DNA from: Felis catus
Lineage: Eukaryota
Assembly (NCBI RefSeq): GCF_018350175.1
Contig: NC_058368.1
Span: forward strand, 97,776,001 to 97,840,000
Reading direction: 5' to 3'
Length of the DNA: 64,000 nt
Shown here: positions 1-64,000 of the stretch, piece after piece
Layout of the letters: every line of letters begins with the position of its first letter
Position numbering within the stretch: position 1 is the first letter of the stretch
Notes under the pieces: model-generated
Database searches by the model: none
Seen by the model: the letters and a program-made list of their open reading frames with translations, nothing else
What the model was told of the DNA's origin: nothing
Made by a program: the position numbers and the translations under genes

Positions 1-53
1 GCTCATGCTCGCTCACTCTCTCTCTCTCAAAATAAGTAAATTAACTAAAAAAG
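1..53 (+). mobile_element. Can-SINE 3' end (partial)
   Basis: (CT)n caaaataa A-rich tail typical of SINEC. Confidence 0.85.
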
Positions 54-374
54 TTAAATGAATGTTTGGTATAAAATGGATGTCTATGTATAAATAAATC
101 ATTGCTTATGTTGATTATGAGACATGCCTATCTAATTTTTAACAAAATATGTAATAAAAATAATTTGTTGTTTTAGATATAATCCATAGAGTCCATTTAC
201 GAGGCTCATTCCGAGTGACCCGGGCGGCTTGGGATCATATGAAGAAACAGAAGTTTGGGAGGTAGAGTTGCATGTGGCTGTTGGGGGACTGGAGACGCTG
301 TGTGTGGGTCCTCGTGTCCAGGGAAAGATTAAGTGCTTTGACATTGATGAAGATATATTCAGATCTGCACAGGC

Positions 375-406
<32 letters not shown>

Positions 407-588
407 GACACAGAGATAGCACAAGGGGGGTAGAGACAGAGAGAGAGGGAGAGAGAGAGAATCTCAAGCAGACTCCGCACTCTAAGCGCAGAGCCCGATG
501 CAGGGCTCAAACTCACGAACTGTGAAATCATGACCTGAGCTGAAACCAAGAGTTGGACGTTTAAACGACTGAACTGCTCAGGTGCCCC
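375..588 (-). mobile_element. Can-SINE
   Basis: polyT, (GA)n, tRNA-like head; TSD cacaggcttttt 368-379/590-601. Confidence 0.93.
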
Positions 589-1406
589 TCACAGGCTTTT
601 TAATGCAGTGTTGCCATATACCCTCTCATTAAATTGGGGGTCATTTAGCCACCTATTAGCTGAGCTGGCCAACTTTGTATTTCTTTTCACCTCCTGCTTT
701 TCATTATTAATGAATTTCCTGCTGCTCTCTGGTATTCTAGCAGTACAAACATGGAGGATTCAGCCGTACGTTATTTTTTAACCAAAGTATTATTTTGTGT
801 CTACTGATCACATGAGGGGAGATGAGCTGTGTGTCCAGCTGGCTGGTACTGGTCAGACAGGAGCTGCTCTTTATGAATGGTTTGGGACCTGTAGGTCCCA
901 TCTGTGGCAGTGTTTGTGCGAGTGCCTTGGAACAAAGCAGAGCTAGGAGGTGGCTTGGTGCCCTCTGACACAGCCTGTCCTGTTAACTTATGGTTCACAC
1001 GCATTTTGTAGCAGTAAATTGTGATACCTGTTGTTGGAGCATTTCTCCTGACCCTCAGTTTCTGAAAATGAATGATGTGAATTGTTTTCTTTGGTCGACT
1101 AAATAGAGTGAGTGAGATTGGGTCCAGTTTTGGAGATGGCATAGTTTTAGTGTGAGGCATTTAACGTTATCCACAAAAAGGGGCAGTGTAATGAGAAGTA
1201 AAGAATTGGAACTGGTTTTTCTTATACTTCTTATTGTAGCATTAACTCATATATTGCCACTTTATTTTGTTTATAAATATTTATTGTTGTTCTCAGTAGA
1301 TAATGAATATATGTTCTTACACTTGAATTTATTTGGTCCTGATTGGGGATTCTTTTTAAAAGTTAAATCTTGTAGTTAAATTTTGAGAGATTACTTTTAT
1401 TACTAA

Positions 1407-63835
<62,429 letters not shown>

Positions 63836-64000
63836 AGGACACACCACCTTATTAATAAGAATAGAGAAATTAAATACTCTCCTCTCCCAGATATGCAAAA
63901 GTGATCACAGCCAAGATACAGAGGACTCTGCTTAACATTTTCAGACTTTAGATAACTTTTCAGATTTTAATTTTTTACTAACTTTTCATGTTATAATTAT
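63836..64000 (+). other. HSD17B4: 3' UTR of HSD17B4 (probably continues past the window)
   Basis: Follows the TGA stop and is AT-rich. ATTAAA at 63869-63874 is a possible proximal polyA signal; there is no AATAAA in the visible part. Confidence 0.8.

Overview
Mammalian (carnivore, most likely felid/feliform) genomic DNA. It holds the 3' two-thirds of HSD17B4 (peroxisomal D-bifunctional protein / MFE-2) on the + strand. There are 17 coding exons (human numbering 8-24, 1571..63835, 1777 nt in total), all with GT-AG boundaries and a continuous reading frame. They encode the end of the SDR dehydrogenase domain (YSAAK), the whole hydratase-2 domain ([13 protein letters not shown]) and the SCP2-like domain, which ends in the PTS1 signal AKL-stop. 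The introns contain about 50 tRNA-derived Can-SINEs (41 antisense, 9 sense by my count), a truncated Tigger1, two MER58 elements, L1/L2/MIR relics and microsatellites. I found no new gene system. The most interesting observations are: a SINE insertion that appears to record a reverse-transcriptase template jump (46214-46612); SINE pairs inside single TSDs; a strong SINE orientation bias; a 33-bp intronic duplication that doubles an in-frame cryptic donor after exon 16; an unusually diverged end of exon 13; a CpG-retaining intron-22 segment with HNF1/DR1-like motifs; and a young sense SINE with AATAAA just before the PTS1 exon. Repeat family names and orthologue comparisons come from recall, not from a search, and repeat boundaries are approximate.
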